Origin: an uncultured Gammaproteobacteria bacterium
GTDB taxonomy: Bacteria > Patescibacteriota > Microgenomatia > Levybacterales > UBA12049
Length of the DNA: 64,000 nucleotides
Direction of reading: 5' to 3'
Assembly (NCBI GenBank): GCA_964474445.1
Contig: CAYYSJ010000001.1
Span: 345,377 to 409,376, forward strand
Every line of letters begins with the position of its first letter. The stretch's first letter is position 1. This document shows positions 18,303 through 29,117 of the stretch, piece after piece. A model generated the notes under the pieces. That model was not told the origin of the DNA, did not search any database, and saw nothing but the letters and a program-made list of their open reading frames with translations. Both the position numbers and the translations under genes were made by a program.

Positions 18303-19348
18303 ACCATTTTTTGTCTTTTAGCAAAAATAAAATGCAAAAGTATTTGAAAAACAGCTATAACTAAAGTGTAATATCCCCACATTGCTAACTTATTTTCCTG
18401 TGGTAATAGATAAATAATTCCACAAAACTCTGCAAGTAATAAAAAGATAATTGAAAACAGTAATGAGTATGTGTAAGGTAATTTTGAACGTACAATAAAG
18501 ATAATGAGAATTCCAAGAATTCCTAATGTGATTCCATAAAAAATATCATTTAAAAAAACGACATCAGCAATGATTAATAGAAAAGGAGCAATAACTTTTT
18601 TTGACAAAAGGAAAAGGAATATATTTGAAAATGGTAAAGGTGCTATTTCATGAGCTATAGTATTTGAAACAGTGAATACTAACAAAAAATATAAATAAAA
18701 AAACAATGGCAATAAATACAATGATGAAACAAGGAGCATATGAGTACTTGAAAATAACTCAATTACCTTTTCATACAGTAAGGAAAAAAGATATAGTTTT
18801 TTATGGTAAAGTTCTTTAAATGAATATATATATCGTGTAATAAAAGCATTATCTTTTTTTAAAAAAAATACAGCATTTGTCTTATCTCCATCTAGAGAAA
18901 GTACTTCAAACTGATATGTTTTACCAAGGGCTGATGTTATTTTAGGGAAACCAAAAACAAGAAAATTATTTTCTTTTATAGCATCTATCGTATACGTGTG
19001 TTGATAATATGGAACTTGTGCATTTTTCTCTTTGAGAGTAAATTGAATTTTATGTGCTTTATCTGGTTGTACAGAAAGTGTATTACTGACTTGTATTGCA
19101 ATAATACCTAAATTATGTTCTTTCACCCTAAACTCACCTATTAAACTTTCCCCTTGCATTAATAAATTATTTTTAGGCATATGCGTGTATTGATGAAAAC
19201 TATGGAAGTAAAGAAATGTCGTAAAACTTTCATGAGGATTGAATAGAATTGAGGCAATAATCCAGAAAAATAGCAAAAATAATGGAATAATTACCCAAAG
19301 TATTAAAAATTTAAAGCTGATTAAAGTTTGTAATGTTTTTTGTTTCAT
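18299..19348 (-). CDS. Hypothetical membrane protein (TM, extracytoplasmic beta domain, about 5 TMs)
   Basis: Hydrophobicity pattern; NLGIIAI..FGFPKI..GKTYQFEV soluble segment; ATGA-coupled on both sides. Confidence 0.75.
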   Translation of the reverse strand: MKQKTLQTLISFKFLILWVIIPLFLLFFWIIASILFNPHESFTTFLYFHSFHQYTHMPKNNLLMQGESLIGEFRVKEHNLGIIAIQVSNTLSVQPDKAHKIQFTLKEKNAQVPYYQHTYTIDAIKENNFLVFGFPKITSALGKTYQFEVLSLDGDKTNAVFFLKKDNAFITRYIYSFKELYHKKLYLFSLLYEKVIELFSSTHMLLVSSLYLLPLFFYLYFLLVFTVSNTIAHEIAPLPFSNIFLFLLSKKVIAPFLLIIADVVFLNDIFYGITLGILGILIIFIVRSKLPYTYSLLFSIIFLLLAEFCGIIYLLPQENKLAMWGYYTLVIAVFQILLHFIFAKRQKMV

Positions 19349-21651
19349 GTCTTATGTCTCCTTACAATAAACATGCTTATTATGAGTCCTATAAAAGAGA
19401 AAATACTTATCAAAATCCCCAAGTAAAAGTTTAATTGAGGAGTAAAATAAATCGTTAGCAATACATCTATTGATCCATTAGTGTTTACTTTATAAAATGA
19501 TGCATCGTATTGTTTTCGGATAATATTTGGATTAATGATCCATTCATTACTATAGTTTGAATTATGATGATGGATATTATTAAAATTAGCGGTTCTTAAA
19601 AAATAACTTAATTCATCCCCCTCATAAAGAGTGTCTTTGGGTGCGCATTCAATTACATTATCACTCCTCTTTATCCCGTTTTGACATTGTAGTGCTGCAT
19701 TATATTTTTCTATAAAAACTTTCCATCCATTATGATATGATTCTAAAAATTGTAATTTCTCTGGAAATTGAAGGTTTTTTATATAAACTCTATACTTAGT
19801 AGGATTAATTCTTTGAAAAAAACCCTCAGGTATTTGTATCGCTGTATTAGTCTTTTTCATTGTATAGAGTTCAAAATTATCATTTTTACTGACCAAAACC
19901 TTTTGATCTGTAAGGTTATTAATCATAGTCTGATCTTGATTTTGCAATCTAGATCCACCAAAAAAAAGATAAGAGTGTTTTACTTCATTTGGGATGTTTT
20001 TTGTAAATATAATAGCCCCTACATTATATGTGTAAAGCATATTACTTAATTTTTCATAATCACTATTTGCAATATATTGCCACATTTTTCCTGACTCTGA
20101 AGGAGGAAACGATAGTTCACCAGAAAAATCATTTATACCAGTAAAAAATTTGAAAGGAGAAGTTCCCGCGAATATGTTATTACTATTATCTTCTTTTATA
20201 ATCGCATAACCTGCAATATTAAGAGGAACATTCAGGATATTTGTTGTTGGGTCGATCGTTTGTTTTACTTTGGAAATAAAATCAAGATACTCCTGGGAAA
20301 TATTTACATTCTTATGTATTGATTTTGTTGTCCAAAGAGGAGCATTGATAATTTGTTCTATTGGGAGCGTATTTGTTACAATCACTAGAAAGGTAATTCC
20401 TGTAATTAAAAATTTTAGAGGAGAAAATTGTTTATTTACGATAATAAGTGAAAGAGTAAAAAAAACTGCATAAATAAATACATATCCAGGAGCAAATTTG
20501 TCATAAAAATTTCTGAACATAAAAAATCCAGGAAGATGTCCTAACATAAGAAATACTTCCTTAAGAGGACCTATATTTACAGTAAAGAAGAATAGAGATA
20601 AAATAAATGCAACTAAAAAGAATAAATATATACGCTTTTCAGTACTGTTAAGTTTCTTTTCCCAGTAAATAATTCCACCAAAGACAACTGCCACAAATAT
20701 GGTATTAAGGAAAAATGTTTTATCATAAAAACTCAAAAATATATTTCTTAATGGCCACTGATAATCAAATGTTAATTGTCTATGAGGTAGATTTAGAAGT
20801 GGATATAAAATATTACCTGTAGCAGTTTGGATAACAGTTGTGCGAAAAGTACTCGCAATATTAAAAAGATCTCCAAGATTGTTCCCGCCTTTAATAAGGA
20901 ATGTTGTCAAAAAAGGTAAAATCCAAAATGCTTGAGAAACTAAAAGGAAACTAAAAAATAGAATAGCTCGTTTTGCAAAGATAGTTATTATCCTACGTGG
21001 GAAAATAAAGGTCCCAACAAATAAAGTAAGAACTAAAGGAATGAATAATCCTAATATCCACGGGATACTATAAAGGCCTAGAGAAAGAAAAATACTCATT
21101 GTCATTGCATATACAATATATTTCCATTGATTGGTTTTTACGAATTTAATAAATGTCCAAAACAGGAAAGGGATAAGTGGAATAAGCCAAGCAGACATAA
21201 GAAATACAGAGAGTTGATTGACTATCATAATAGGAGAAAAAATATAGAAGAGAGCTCCTACATAGGGTTCTATATAGTTTGGTTTACTAACTAATTCTGA
21301 TATAAGTCTTTTGAAATAAATAAAACCGAGAATAAGAGGTAAAGAGAATGCCAAATAATCTACAACAATCCTTGATTTCAGTAACCAAAAGATAAATGAC
21401 CATATGGCAACAAATGGAAAAGAGTAGTGATTGGGATTAAAATATCCTATTGAAGAGATCGTGGTCCATGAAAAAAAAGACATTGACTTAAAATATTCAA
21501 TTGGATAAGCATATAGTAACCTAGTATCATCACCTCCTACGAATAATTTCCCATTAAATAAGTAGTAAGGAAGTGCAAAAAGCAGGACAATAGTAACCAG
21601 ATCTATAATAAGCTCGTAGTATTTTAGGAAAAGCTGTTTCAATGCAAACAT
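19345..21651 (-). CDS. Large GT-C membrane glycosyltransferase (AftD/YfhO-like)
   Basis: GGDD loop after TM1, FWILP, FRNFYDKF, ESYHNGWK, FTPQ..LGILIS; start moved to ATG 21651 to avoid overlap with the divergent gene. Confidence 0.78.
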   Translation of the reverse strand: MFALKQLFLKYYELIIDLVTIVLLFALPYYLFNGKLFVGGDDTRLLYAYPIEYFKSMSFFSWTTISSIGYFNPNHYSFPFVAIWSFIFWLLKSRIVVDYLAFSLPLILGFIYFKRLISELVSKPNYIEPYVGALFYIFSPIMIVNQLSVFLMSAWLIPLIPFLFWTFIKFVKTNQWKYIVYAMTMSIFLSLGLYSIPWILGLFIPLVLTLFVGTFIFPRRIITIFAKRAILFFSFLLVSQAFWILPFLTTFLIKGGNNLGDLFNIASTFRTTVIQTATGNILYPLLNLPHRQLTFDYQWPLRNIFLSFYDKTFFLNTIFVAVVFGGIIYWEKKLNSTEKRIYLFFLVAFILSLFFFTVNIGPLKEVFLMLGHLPGFFMFRNFYDKFAPGYVFIYAVFFTLSLIIVNKQFSPLKFLITGITFLVIVTNTLPIEQIINAPLWTTKSIHKNVNISQEYLDFISKVKQTIDPTTNILNVPLNIAGYAIIKEDNSNNIFAGTSPFKFFTGINDFSGELSFPPSESGKMWQYIANSDYEKLSNMLYTYNVGAIIFTKNIPNEVKHSYLFFGGSRLQNQDQTMINNLTDQKVLVSKNDNFELYTMKKTNTAIQIPEGFFQRINPTKYRVYIKNLQFPEKLQFLESYHNGWKVFIEKYNAALQCQNGIKRSDNVIECAPKDTLYEGDELSYFLRTANFNNIHHHNSNYSNEWIINPNIIRKQYDASFYKVNTNGSIDVLLTIYFTPQLNFYLGILISIFSFIGLIISMFIVRRHKT

Positions 21652-21712
21652 ATAAACTTTTCTTATTGTAACAAATATAATTGTATGGTAAAGTGGTAAT
21701 CTATAAGATCGA
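21652..21712. promoter_or_regulatory. Compact divergent promoter region
   Basis: Minus TGtTACAAT 13 nt before ATG 21651; plus TGgTAATCT 10 nt before ATG 21713. Confidence 0.5.
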
Positions 21713-22666
21713 ATGAAAAGAGTACTCGTTACAGGAGGAGCTGGGTTTATCGGAAGCCATATGGTTGAAAGACTCCTCAAGGAAGGTTACAAAGTAACAG
21801 TTTTGGACAACCTCTCAACAGGCCTCATGGAAAATGTCCCTAACGAAGTAACTTTTATCAAAGGAGATACTTCAGTAAAAGAAGATATTGATAAAGCCTT
21901 CGAAGAAAATGTTGACCTTGTTTTTCATATTGCAGGCTGTGCATCTGCTATCAATTCTTTTACCGATCCATATACAGATATTTACGCCAATTTCATCGGT
22001 ACGGTAAATATTATCCAAAAATGTGTCGAGAAAAAGGTTCCACGACTCCTTTACGCAAGCTCAATGACAACCTATGGACTAGTTAACAAGTTACCTGTTG
22101 GTGAGACGCATCCGGCAGTACCAATCTCCTACTATGGTATCAGTAAATATGCAGCAGAGCGTTTTGTGCATGCAACGGGAATGAGAAAAGATTTGTCTTC
22201 TCAATTCAATGTCACTTCTTTCAGAATGTTTAATGTTTATGGACCCCACCAAAGTCTCACCAATCCCTACCAAGGAGTCATGGCAATTTTTATTGGAAAT
22301 GTTCTAAGACATGAGCCCATCAATATTTTTGGGGACGGTGAGCAATCTCGCGATTTTGTGTATATCGATGATGTTGTTGATGCATGGGTTACTACTATAG
22401 ATAAACCACAAACATTTGGAGAAGTATATAATGTTGGTCTTGGGATAGATACATCAATGAATACACTTACTCAAACAATTATTCGTGTACTAAAAGAAGA
22501 TCCTAAATCCTATCCTATTCTTAGAAAAGAAGGAAGGCCAGGAGATCAAAGATATATGAGAGCAGACATTTCAAAAATAGGGCAAGCTATTGGGTGGAAA
22601 CCCAGATACTCATTAGAGAAGGGCCTTCAAAAAACGCTGGAATGGGCAAAGCAATATAGTGTATAA
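21713..22666 (+). CDS. NAD-dependent NDP-sugar epimerase/dehydratase (extended SDR)
   Basis: VTGGAGFIGSH, YGISK, FNVYGP, GDGEQSRDFVYIDDVV. Confidence 0.92.
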   Translation: MKRVLVTGGAGFIGSHMVERLLKEGYKVTVLDNLSTGLMENVPNEVTFIKGDTSVKEDIDKAFEENVDLVFHIAGCASAINSFTDPYTDIYANFIGTVNIIQKCVEKKVPRLLYASSMTTYGLVNKLPVGETHPAVPISYYGISKYAAERFVHATGMRKDLSSQFNVTSFRMFNVYGPHQSLTNPYQGVMAIFIGNVLRHEPINIFGDGEQSRDFVYIDDVVDAWVTTIDKPQTFGEVYNVGLGIDTSMNTLTQTIIRVLKEDPKSYPILRKEGRPGDQRYMRADISKIGQAIGWKPRYSLEKGLQKTLEWAKQYSV

Positions 22667-22681
22667 TATGTCTTTTGTATT

Positions 22682-23911
22682 ATGAAATCGTTTTCTTCTA
22701 TACTTATTTCAACTTTCTCTCCTTGGAAAAAAGGACTACGGTCCCCTACCAACGGCATGATAGAGCCAATGCTCTCATATTTTCTCCCTCGTTTTAAAAG
22801 AGTTTGGTTACTTGATCAACCATATCCAGGTAGTGATAGTGTTATCCCCTTTGTTGAAGAATATGCCCTTGGAAAATTACAAAAAAAAGAGGTAATAAAA
22901 AATTATATATTCCCACTTATCCCTTTTCTCCATCTTACTAACAAACCAGGAACACAGGCCCCGCACAAATTAAGAGATTTTTTAAGTACTTTAGAGGTAG
23001 GTTGTCAAACCTCAGAGCCATTTGACCTCTTCATAGGAATGGAGGCAATCAATGCTCTTGCTGGAATAATGCTACGAAAAATAGGGAAAGTTAAAAAAGT
23101 AGTTTATTATGTTTCAGATTACTCTCCAAATCGTTTTCCTAATCCTCTCTTCAATATGGTGTATCTCTGGCTGGATCGAACAGCAGCAATGTATAGTGAT
23201 TTTATTTGGGATGTCTCTCTAGCTATGCAACCTGCCAGAATAAAAGCAGGACTCAATCTGACAAAAAGCGCTCCTGTCATTCATGTTCCTAATGCGCTCT
23301 TTAAAGAACAAATTACCTATTTACCGTGGAACAAAAGAAAAAAGCATACCGTCGTATTTGTAGGAACACTAGGACTTGAAAATGGTCCAGATATTGCAAT
23401 AGAAGCCTTTCAAAAAGTTGTTGCAGAAATTCCAGATGCTACTTTACATATTATTGGCGGAGGAGGCCTAGGATTTGAATCTGAGTATCTAAAAAAACTT
23501 TCTGAAAAATATCATCTGGAAAAAAATGTTATTTTTCATGGTTTTATATCAGACCTAAAAAAATTATCGCAGCTTATTAAGCAATACGAAGTGGCCATAG
23601 CTCCTTATAAGAAAATTCCTGGCTCTCATAGACTATATGGAGATGCTACTAAACTACGATTATATATGGCCGTAGGTTTACCAATTATTGTTACCGATGT
23701 TCCACCACTAGGGAAAGAACTTGAAAAAAAAGGTGCTGCACTAACTATAAAATCTTCAAAAGGTGAGCTTGCAAGAGCAATTATTTCTATTCTCAATAAC
23801 CCTCAAAAAAGAAAAATTCTCATCAATAATGCTATTAAAACAGCAAAGGACAATTTGTGGGAAAAAACATATCAAAATGCACTAGATGAAATAGGAAAGA
23901 TTATTGATTGA
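22682..23911 (+). CDS. GT4-type glycosyltransferase
   Basis: VFVGTL, LHIIGGG, FHGFI, TKLRLYMAVGLPIIVTD. Confidence 0.8.
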   Translation: MKSFSSILISTFSPWKKGLRSPTNGMIEPMLSYFLPRFKRVWLLDQPYPGSDSVIPFVEEYALGKLQKKEVIKNYIFPLIPFLHLTNKPGTQAPHKLRDFLSTLEVGCQTSEPFDLFIGMEAINALAGIMLRKIGKVKKVVYYVSDYSPNRFPNPLFNMVYLWLDRTAAMYSDFIWDVSLAMQPARIKAGLNLTKSAPVIHVPNALFKEQITYLPWNKRKKHTVVFVGTLGLENGPDIAIEAFQKVVAEIPDATLHIIGGGGLGFESEYLKKLSEKYHLEKNVIFHGFISDLKKLSQLIKQYEVAIAPYKKIPGSHRLYGDATKLRLYMAVGLPIIVTDVPPLGKELEKKGAALTIKSSKGELARAIISILNNPQKRKILINNAIKTAKDNLWEKTYQNALDEIGKIID

Positions 23912-25592
23912 TCTTCTTTAAGCTAAACTGTACTTCTTTTGTAATATTTTTTAAGGTTTTCGTCTGTGAATCGTACGAAAATGCATGGACATCTGAAGGA
24001 TTAAAATGATATGTTAGCATCTCCTTTTTTAGGTGGTCTAATGATGAATAGTATCCATAATCTAATCCACCAATCTTCTTGTAGCCTTCACTTCCTAAAG
24101 CCCAAAGGTATCCTGAAACAAGAAGCTGTTTTGGAATTTTGTGTGAGGCGTAATAAATTACAGGGACAGAGTACCCAAATCCATGTTGAAAAGGAACAAA
24201 GTTATTTTCGCCATACCATACCTTATCACCTGTAAAATAAAAAATATTGGTGTTATCTTTCAATGATGGTAACTGAATCTGCAATTGTCTCAAGAAACCT
24301 CTTCTTTCATTTGCTATCACTGCTTGCATTTGAATAAACTGTCGTGTTTCATTCACATGTAAAAAGAGAAGCCAAAAGGAAGATAGAACAAAGAGAACCT
24401 TCATGACCTTGCCAATATTTTGCTTCATTGAAAAAATGCGAAGAGCTATAGCACCCAACAATATACTCGAAGCTGCAATTGGTATATAGTAATACCTAGG
24501 TTCCATATATGCAAATGTTTTCCCGACAATAATATAAGGAATAATACTTAAGAAGAAAAAAAGAAGGACAAAATAAATCACCTGCATAGAATATTTGTTT
24601 GCCATTAGTTTTCTTACTATAAAATGTAAAAGTAACAATGAAGCTGCCACAGCAAGCAAATCCAATACAACTGTTTCACTAATTAAGTCCGTTTTTGTAG
24701 TAATAAAAGGATAATAGAGATTCATAAATTCCGAAGCAATTTTCAAGGCTGCATATACTGGTATAAAAACTAATGAAAAACTTGTTAAAGGATACATGAT
24801 AATTCTTGAGAGTATTGTTTCAATAAAAAATATTTTCCCTTGATTTGTACTAGCATATACTGACGAAGCAATAATACTTTGTCCTGCCAACTGACGTACA
24901 ATAGTCATTTCAATAAACCTATAAAGAACAAAAAATGAAGCAAAAATGATAAATGGACTAAATATGGTTATGTATTTTTTAATTTTTATCTTTTCTTTAA
25001 AAACCGCCGGCAATAACGGAAGAAAAATAAAAAGGAAAATTCCACTTTCCTTAAAATAAAGAGATAATAACGCAAAGAAGAGTGATGCATGTGCAAAAAT
25101 ATTCTTCTTTTTTTCTAAAAAATGAAGAAATAAATATATTGAAGAAAATATACAAAATGAAGCTGGCTGTACTCCGAAAGAAGCAGCAAACCATGTTATC
25201 GATTGCTGGGAAACACTGGAAAGGCCAAAATAAGCTGCGCTTATCATTGCTGCAAGATGATTTTTAAGAATCTTTCTAGAGATTAAAAAAATAAGCAAAG
25301 TATTAATTATATGGAATAGCACTCCATAAAGAGCTAATGGTAGTGATGCAAAGCCAAATGACTTAAAAAAAATAACTCCTAAAATCCCTGTTAGTGGCCT
25401 TGAGTCCCCAAAAATAATCTGAAAGGGAGATAGTCCAAATGTTACTGTCTGGAATCCCAAAGCTAATACTCTTCCTGATCCTAACCACTCATCCTGTTGA
25501 TAGAATGTTTTCGGTAAATCCCAATATGTATAAAAAATAGCAACAATAAGCAATAAAAAAAGAAAAAAATTGAATGAAAGAATGTGCTTCAT
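23901..25592 (-). CDS. GT-C membrane glycosyltransferase (PMT/TMTC-like)
   Basis: [35 protein letters not shown]. Confidence 0.78.
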   Translation of the reverse strand: MKHILSFNFFLFLLLIVAIFYTYWDLPKTFYQQDEWLGSGRVLALGFQTVTFGLSPFQIIFGDSRPLTGILGVIFFKSFGFASLPLALYGVLFHIINTLLIFLISRKILKNHLAAMISAAYFGLSSVSQQSITWFAASFGVQPASFCIFSSIYLFLHFLEKKKNIFAHASLFFALLSLYFKESGIFLFIFLPLLPAVFKEKIKIKKYITIFSPFIIFASFFVLYRFIEMTIVRQLAGQSIIASSVYASTNQGKIFFIETILSRIIMYPLTSFSLVFIPVYAALKIASEFMNLYYPFITTKTDLISETVVLDLLAVAASLLLLHFIVRKLMANKYSMQVIYFVLLFFFLSIIPYIIVGKTFAYMEPRYYYIPIAASSILLGAIALRIFSMKQNIGKVMKVLFVLSSFWLLFLHVNETRQFIQMQAVIANERRGFLRQLQIQLPSLKDNTNIFYFTGDKVWYGENNFVPFQHGFGYSVPVIYYASHKIPKQLLVSGYLWALGSEGYKKIGGLDYGYYSSLDHLKKEMLTYHFNPSDVHAFSYDSQTKTLKNITKEVQFSLKKINQ

Positions 25593-26647
25593 TGAAGGAA
25601 ATGGCCACTTTTACATATATCCTCGATAATTCTATTGTTATCATATGTGTACTCCCAATCAGGATAGTGGGACTTAAATTTAGATACATCAGAGATATAC
25701 CAAATATGATCTCCAATTCTATTGTCGTCAACATACTTTACATTTGCTTTTTTGCCTAAAATTTTTTCTGTCTTTGCTATTGCTTCAAGCATAGAAGTAT
25801 TTGAATGACGTGATCCTCCAATATTGTATGCCTCTCCACTTCTTGGGTTTTGATAAACATGATAAAACGCGTTAACTAAGTCAAACGAGTGGATATTATC
25901 TCTCACTTGCTTTCCTTTATATCCAAATATCGTATATTCGGTACCTGTTGCAACACACTTAATAAGGTATGCTAAAAACCCGTGTAATTTTGTGCCACTA
26001 TGAGCAGGGCCTGTGAGACATCCTCCACGGAAAACGGTTGTATGAAGTCCAAAATATTTTCCGTATTCTTGGACCATGACATCAGCAGCAACTTTCGATG
26101 CGCCAAAAATACTATGCTTTGAATTATCAATACTCATTGTTTCGTCAATCCCTATATAGAATGGATGACCTTTTGGTAACTCATATCTTGTCTCAAGCTC
26201 TATTAGAGGAAGTCTATTTGGTGTATCACCGTAAACTTTATTTGTTGAGGTAAAAATAAAAGTAGCCTCTGGCGAATATTTGCGATAATGCTCAAGAAGA
26301 TACATTGTGCCAAGCGCATTTATTGTGAAGTCTGTCAAAGGTTCTTTTGCAGCCCAGTCGTGGGATGGTTGTGCAGCAGTGTGAATAATGAGGTCAAACT
26401 TATGAGTCTTAAATATTGCTTCCAATTTTCCATTATCTCGAATATCTGCAGAATAATGTGTGTACTTATCACCTAATGTTTCCTCAAGTCTATTTCTATT
26501 CCATTTTGTACTTGCCTCTTTCCCAAAAAAGTATTGGCGCATATCATTATCCACGCCAATAATATGAAATCCTTTTTCAGCAAAAAATTTTGCAGCTTCT
26601 GATCCAATAAGCCCTGCAGAACCAGTAATTAAGACATTCTTTGTCAT
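25589..26647 (-). CDS. rfbE: CDP-tyvelose/paratose 2-epimerase-like SDR
   Basis: [47 protein letters not shown]; family-level call, substrate uncertain. Confidence 0.75.
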   Translation of the reverse strand: MTKNVLITGSAGLIGSEAAKFFAEKGFHIIGVDNDMRQYFFGKEASTKWNRNRLEETLGDKYTHYSADIRDNGKLEAIFKTHKFDLIIHTAAQPSHDWAAKEPLTDFTINALGTMYLLEHYRKYSPEATFIFTSTNKVYGDTPNRLPLIELETRYELPKGHPFYIGIDETMSIDNSKHSIFGASKVAADVMVQEYGKYFGLHTTVFRGGCLTGPAHSGTKLHGFLAYLIKCVATGTEYTIFGYKGKQVRDNIHSFDLVNAFYHVYQNPRSGEAYNIGGSRHSNTSMLEAIAKTEKILGKKANVKYVDDNRIGDHIWYISDVSKFKSHYPDWEYTYDNNRIIEDICKSGHFLQ

Positions 26648-26696
26648 TATTTTACACTTTATAATAGGCAATAATCACACAAAAAGCAATCAGCAT

Positions 26697-27803
26697 TTAC
26701 CTTTCTTCCTGTTTCTCGAATTCGTTTACATTCTTACAAATATATTGTACTTCTTTATCAGTCAGTTCTGCATATATGGGAAGAGAAAGAATTGTGTTTG
26801 CAAGCCTTTCAGCTATTAGAAAATCTCCTTTTTTATAACCCAAGAAAGAAAAGCATGGTTGCATGTGTATGGGAATTGGATAATGAATAAGTGTATGAAT
26901 TCCCTTTTTATTTAAAAACTGCTGCAGTGCATCTCGTCTTCGACTCTCAATAACAAACAGATGATAACAAGAATGGTATGTATCCATTATTTTTTGATAG
27001 CTTGAGAATAATAAACCTTTTTTGTACAGGGAAGCTATCCTATTTCGTTGTTTATTCCAACGATTGAGATATTGTAGCTTTACAGAAAGAAGAGAAGCCT
27101 GTATCTCATCAAGCCTACTATTATAGCCTATTTCTTCATGATAGTATTTCTTTGTTTGTCCATAATTTCTTAATTTAAGCAGTTTTTCGTAGATCTTTTT
27201 GCTATTTGTCGCAAGGGCACCCGCATCACCATAAGCTCCCAAATTTTTACCAGGATAAAAGCTAAAGACAGATATATCTCCAAAGGTGCCAACTTTCTTT
27301 TCACCTATTGTAGCCCCATGAGCTTGAGCAGCATCTTCAACTAAATAAATGTTATGTCTATCTGCTATTTTTCTGAGAGTAGCAACATCACATGGTGCCC
27401 CATAAAGATGTACGGGCAGAATAGCTTTCGTCTTTTTTGTTATTTTTTTCTCAACTTCTGTTATATCAATTTGATACGAATCGGGATCACAATCAACAAG
27501 GACCGGAGTGGCTCCAACAGTCACAATAGCAAGGGTTGTTGCAATAAAGCTATTAGCAGGTGTAATGACTTCATCTCCCACACCAATTTCTAGAGCTCGA
27601 AGAGCGAGTATAAGCCCATCTGTCCCAGAATTTACTCCAACAACATATCTAATCCCTAAATACTCTCCGAATTTTTCCTCAAAAGCTTTCAACTCACCTC
27701 CCAAAAGAAACATTTGACTATCTACAACTCTTTGTATTGCAACATCAACTTTTTCTTTTATAGTTTTGTATTGTCTTTGTAAATCTAAAAAGGGTATTTT
27801 CAT
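26697..27803 (-). CDS. DegT/DnrJ PLP sugar aminotransferase (FdtB/QdtB-like)
   Basis: IPFLDL, EDAAQAHGA, FSFYPGKNLGAYGDAG, GYNSRLDEIQA. Confidence 0.92.
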   Translation of the reverse strand: MKIPFLDLQRQYKTIKEKVDVAIQRVVDSQMFLLGGELKAFEEKFGEYLGIRYVVGVNSGTDGLILALRALEIGVGDEVITPANSFIATTLAIVTVGATPVLVDCDPDSYQIDITEVEKKITKKTKAILPVHLYGAPCDVATLRKIADRHNIYLVEDAAQAHGATIGEKKVGTFGDISVFSFYPGKNLGAYGDAGALATNSKKIYEKLLKLRNYGQTKKYYHEEIGYNSRLDEIQASLLSVKLQYLNRWNKQRNRIASLYKKGLLFSSYQKIMDTYHSCYHLFVIESRRRDALQQFLNKKGIHTLIHYPIPIHMQPCFSFLGYKKGDFLIAERLANTILSLPIYAELTDKEVQYICKNVNEFEKQEER

Positions 27804-27810
27804 AGATACA

Positions 27811-28704
27811 TTATAAATAAAAATAGCCTCCCTTGCTTACTTTTTGCCCACTTTCTGCAATACAAATAGTTATGGAACCATTCTTTACCGCTACTTCAAT
27901 ACCATTCTTTTTTATTGAAATAATCTTACCTGGAAATGCTTTTCTTTTTTTCTTCGTTATTTTTATGACACCTACCACAGTCATTTCTTGTGCAGCATAT
28001 CGTGTTTTTGGAAATTGGAAAGGTGGAAAAATGAATGTCTGTATATACTTTGCAATTTTTTTTCCGTCTTGATTCCAGTCAATAAAAAGATTAGAAAAAT
28101 CAAGAGAATATCGCGAGTAATAATTAGAAAAAGTGTCACTTTGTTTAACGGCCTTGTAGGATTTCTCGACAAGATTCGTTAGGTTTCTTTTGAGAAGTGG
28201 CAATACTTGCTCACAGCACCATTCATAGACTGATCTACCTGTATCAGCTAGAGTGATTTTCTTTTTGATTTTATCAATGATTGGACCATCATCAATTCCC
28301 TCTGTTAATTTATGCAATGTTACACCAATATACTCATCATTAAGTAAATGCCAAAGTCCTGGGTAGCATCCTCTATTTTTAGGTAAATCTGCAAAATGAA
28401 AATTAAATATTTCTCCTTTTACCATATCGATAATTTCTTTTTTAATAATCTTTCGACATTGTATAGAGAATATAATGGAAGGCATAAATGCTGAGAGCTT
28501 CTCTAAAAAATCATTGTTTCGAAAGGATGAAGGAGATAGAAATGAAATTTTATTTTTAGAGCAATAGGATTTTAATGAGGGCTGCCAACTATCTTCTCCA
28601 TTATCATCAGGATCGACAATAACAAGTATGTCATATTGTTTATCTCGCAAAAAATTAATACTTGGTATTGCTGCCTTTCCGTTAGCAAAAATAGCTATTT
28701 TCAT
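27811..28704 (-). CDS. NDP-amino-sugar N-formyltransferase (ArnA/Fmt fold)
   Basis: FNFHFADLPKNRG (N-x-H), GVTLH..GIDDGPI (catalytic Asp), IDW; adjacent to the aminotransferase. Confidence 0.85.
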   Translation of the reverse strand: MKIAIFANGKAAIPSINFLRDKQYDILVIVDPDDNGEDSWQPSLKSYCSKNKISFLSPSSFRNNDFLEKLSAFMPSIIFSIQCRKIIKKEIIDMVKGEIFNFHFADLPKNRGCYPGLWHLLNDEYIGVTLHKLTEGIDDGPIIDKIKKKITLADTGRSVYEWCCEQVLPLLKRNLTNLVEKSYKAVKQSDTFSNYYSRYSLDFSNLFIDWNQDGKKIAKYIQTFIFPPFQFPKTRYAAQEMTVVGVIKITKKKRKAFPGKIISIKKNGIEVAVKNGSITICIAESGQKVSKGGYFYL

Positions 28705-28707
28705 AGG

Positions 28708-29112
28708 TTACTTTATTATTTCATAAGGAAACGTGTCTTCTGCAGACCACTCTTTATCTGTATAGTTGAGAAGTGATGCTTGAGTAGATAGACTTTTGAA
28801 AGCATGAACAATATTAGGCCCTATTTCAAGACGAATATATTTGTTTGAATCCCCATTCAATGTCAGTCTTTTTTTCTCTTTTGTTTTAATATCCATAAGT
28901 TTTACTTGCAATTTACCAGATACTACACCAAACCATTCTCTCCATTTTTTGTGATAATGATTGCCACGAATAATACTTTTTTTATCAAATGTAACGAAGT
29001 AAATCTGACCAAATTCCTTTAGTTTTTTATTTAAGTCACTGTTACGCAGAAAAACAACAAGTTGCCCTCTCTTATCATTAAATTTTTCAAAATATTCTAT
29101 TTTGTAATCCAT
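28708..29112 (-). CDS. Cupin NDP-sugar 3,4-ketoisomerase-like (FdtA/QdtA/WxcM family)
   Basis: DKRGQL, RGNHYH, IGPNIVHAF; context; a CapF-type cupin is not excluded. Confidence 0.75.
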   Translation of the reverse strand: MDYKIEYFEKFNDKRGQLVVFLRNSDLNKKLKEFGQIYFVTFDKKSIIRGNHYHKKWREWFGVVSGKLQVKLMDIKTKEKKRLTLNGDSNKYIRLEIGPNIVHAFKSLSTQASLLNYTDKEWSAEDTFPYEIIK

Positions 29113-29117
29113 ATCTT

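Noticed and set aside
21652-21780. N-terminal extensions given by the ORF track (also at 2038, 31342, 33883, 46454, 47815, 50279, 57139, 61245)
   Set aside because: They overlap neighbouring genes or promoters; downstream ATGs match family N-termini and coupling patterns.
21652-23911. Plus-strand two-gene block as an invertible phase-variation segment
   Set aside because: No flanking inverted repeats or recombinase found, and the right end overlaps the neighbouring CDS.
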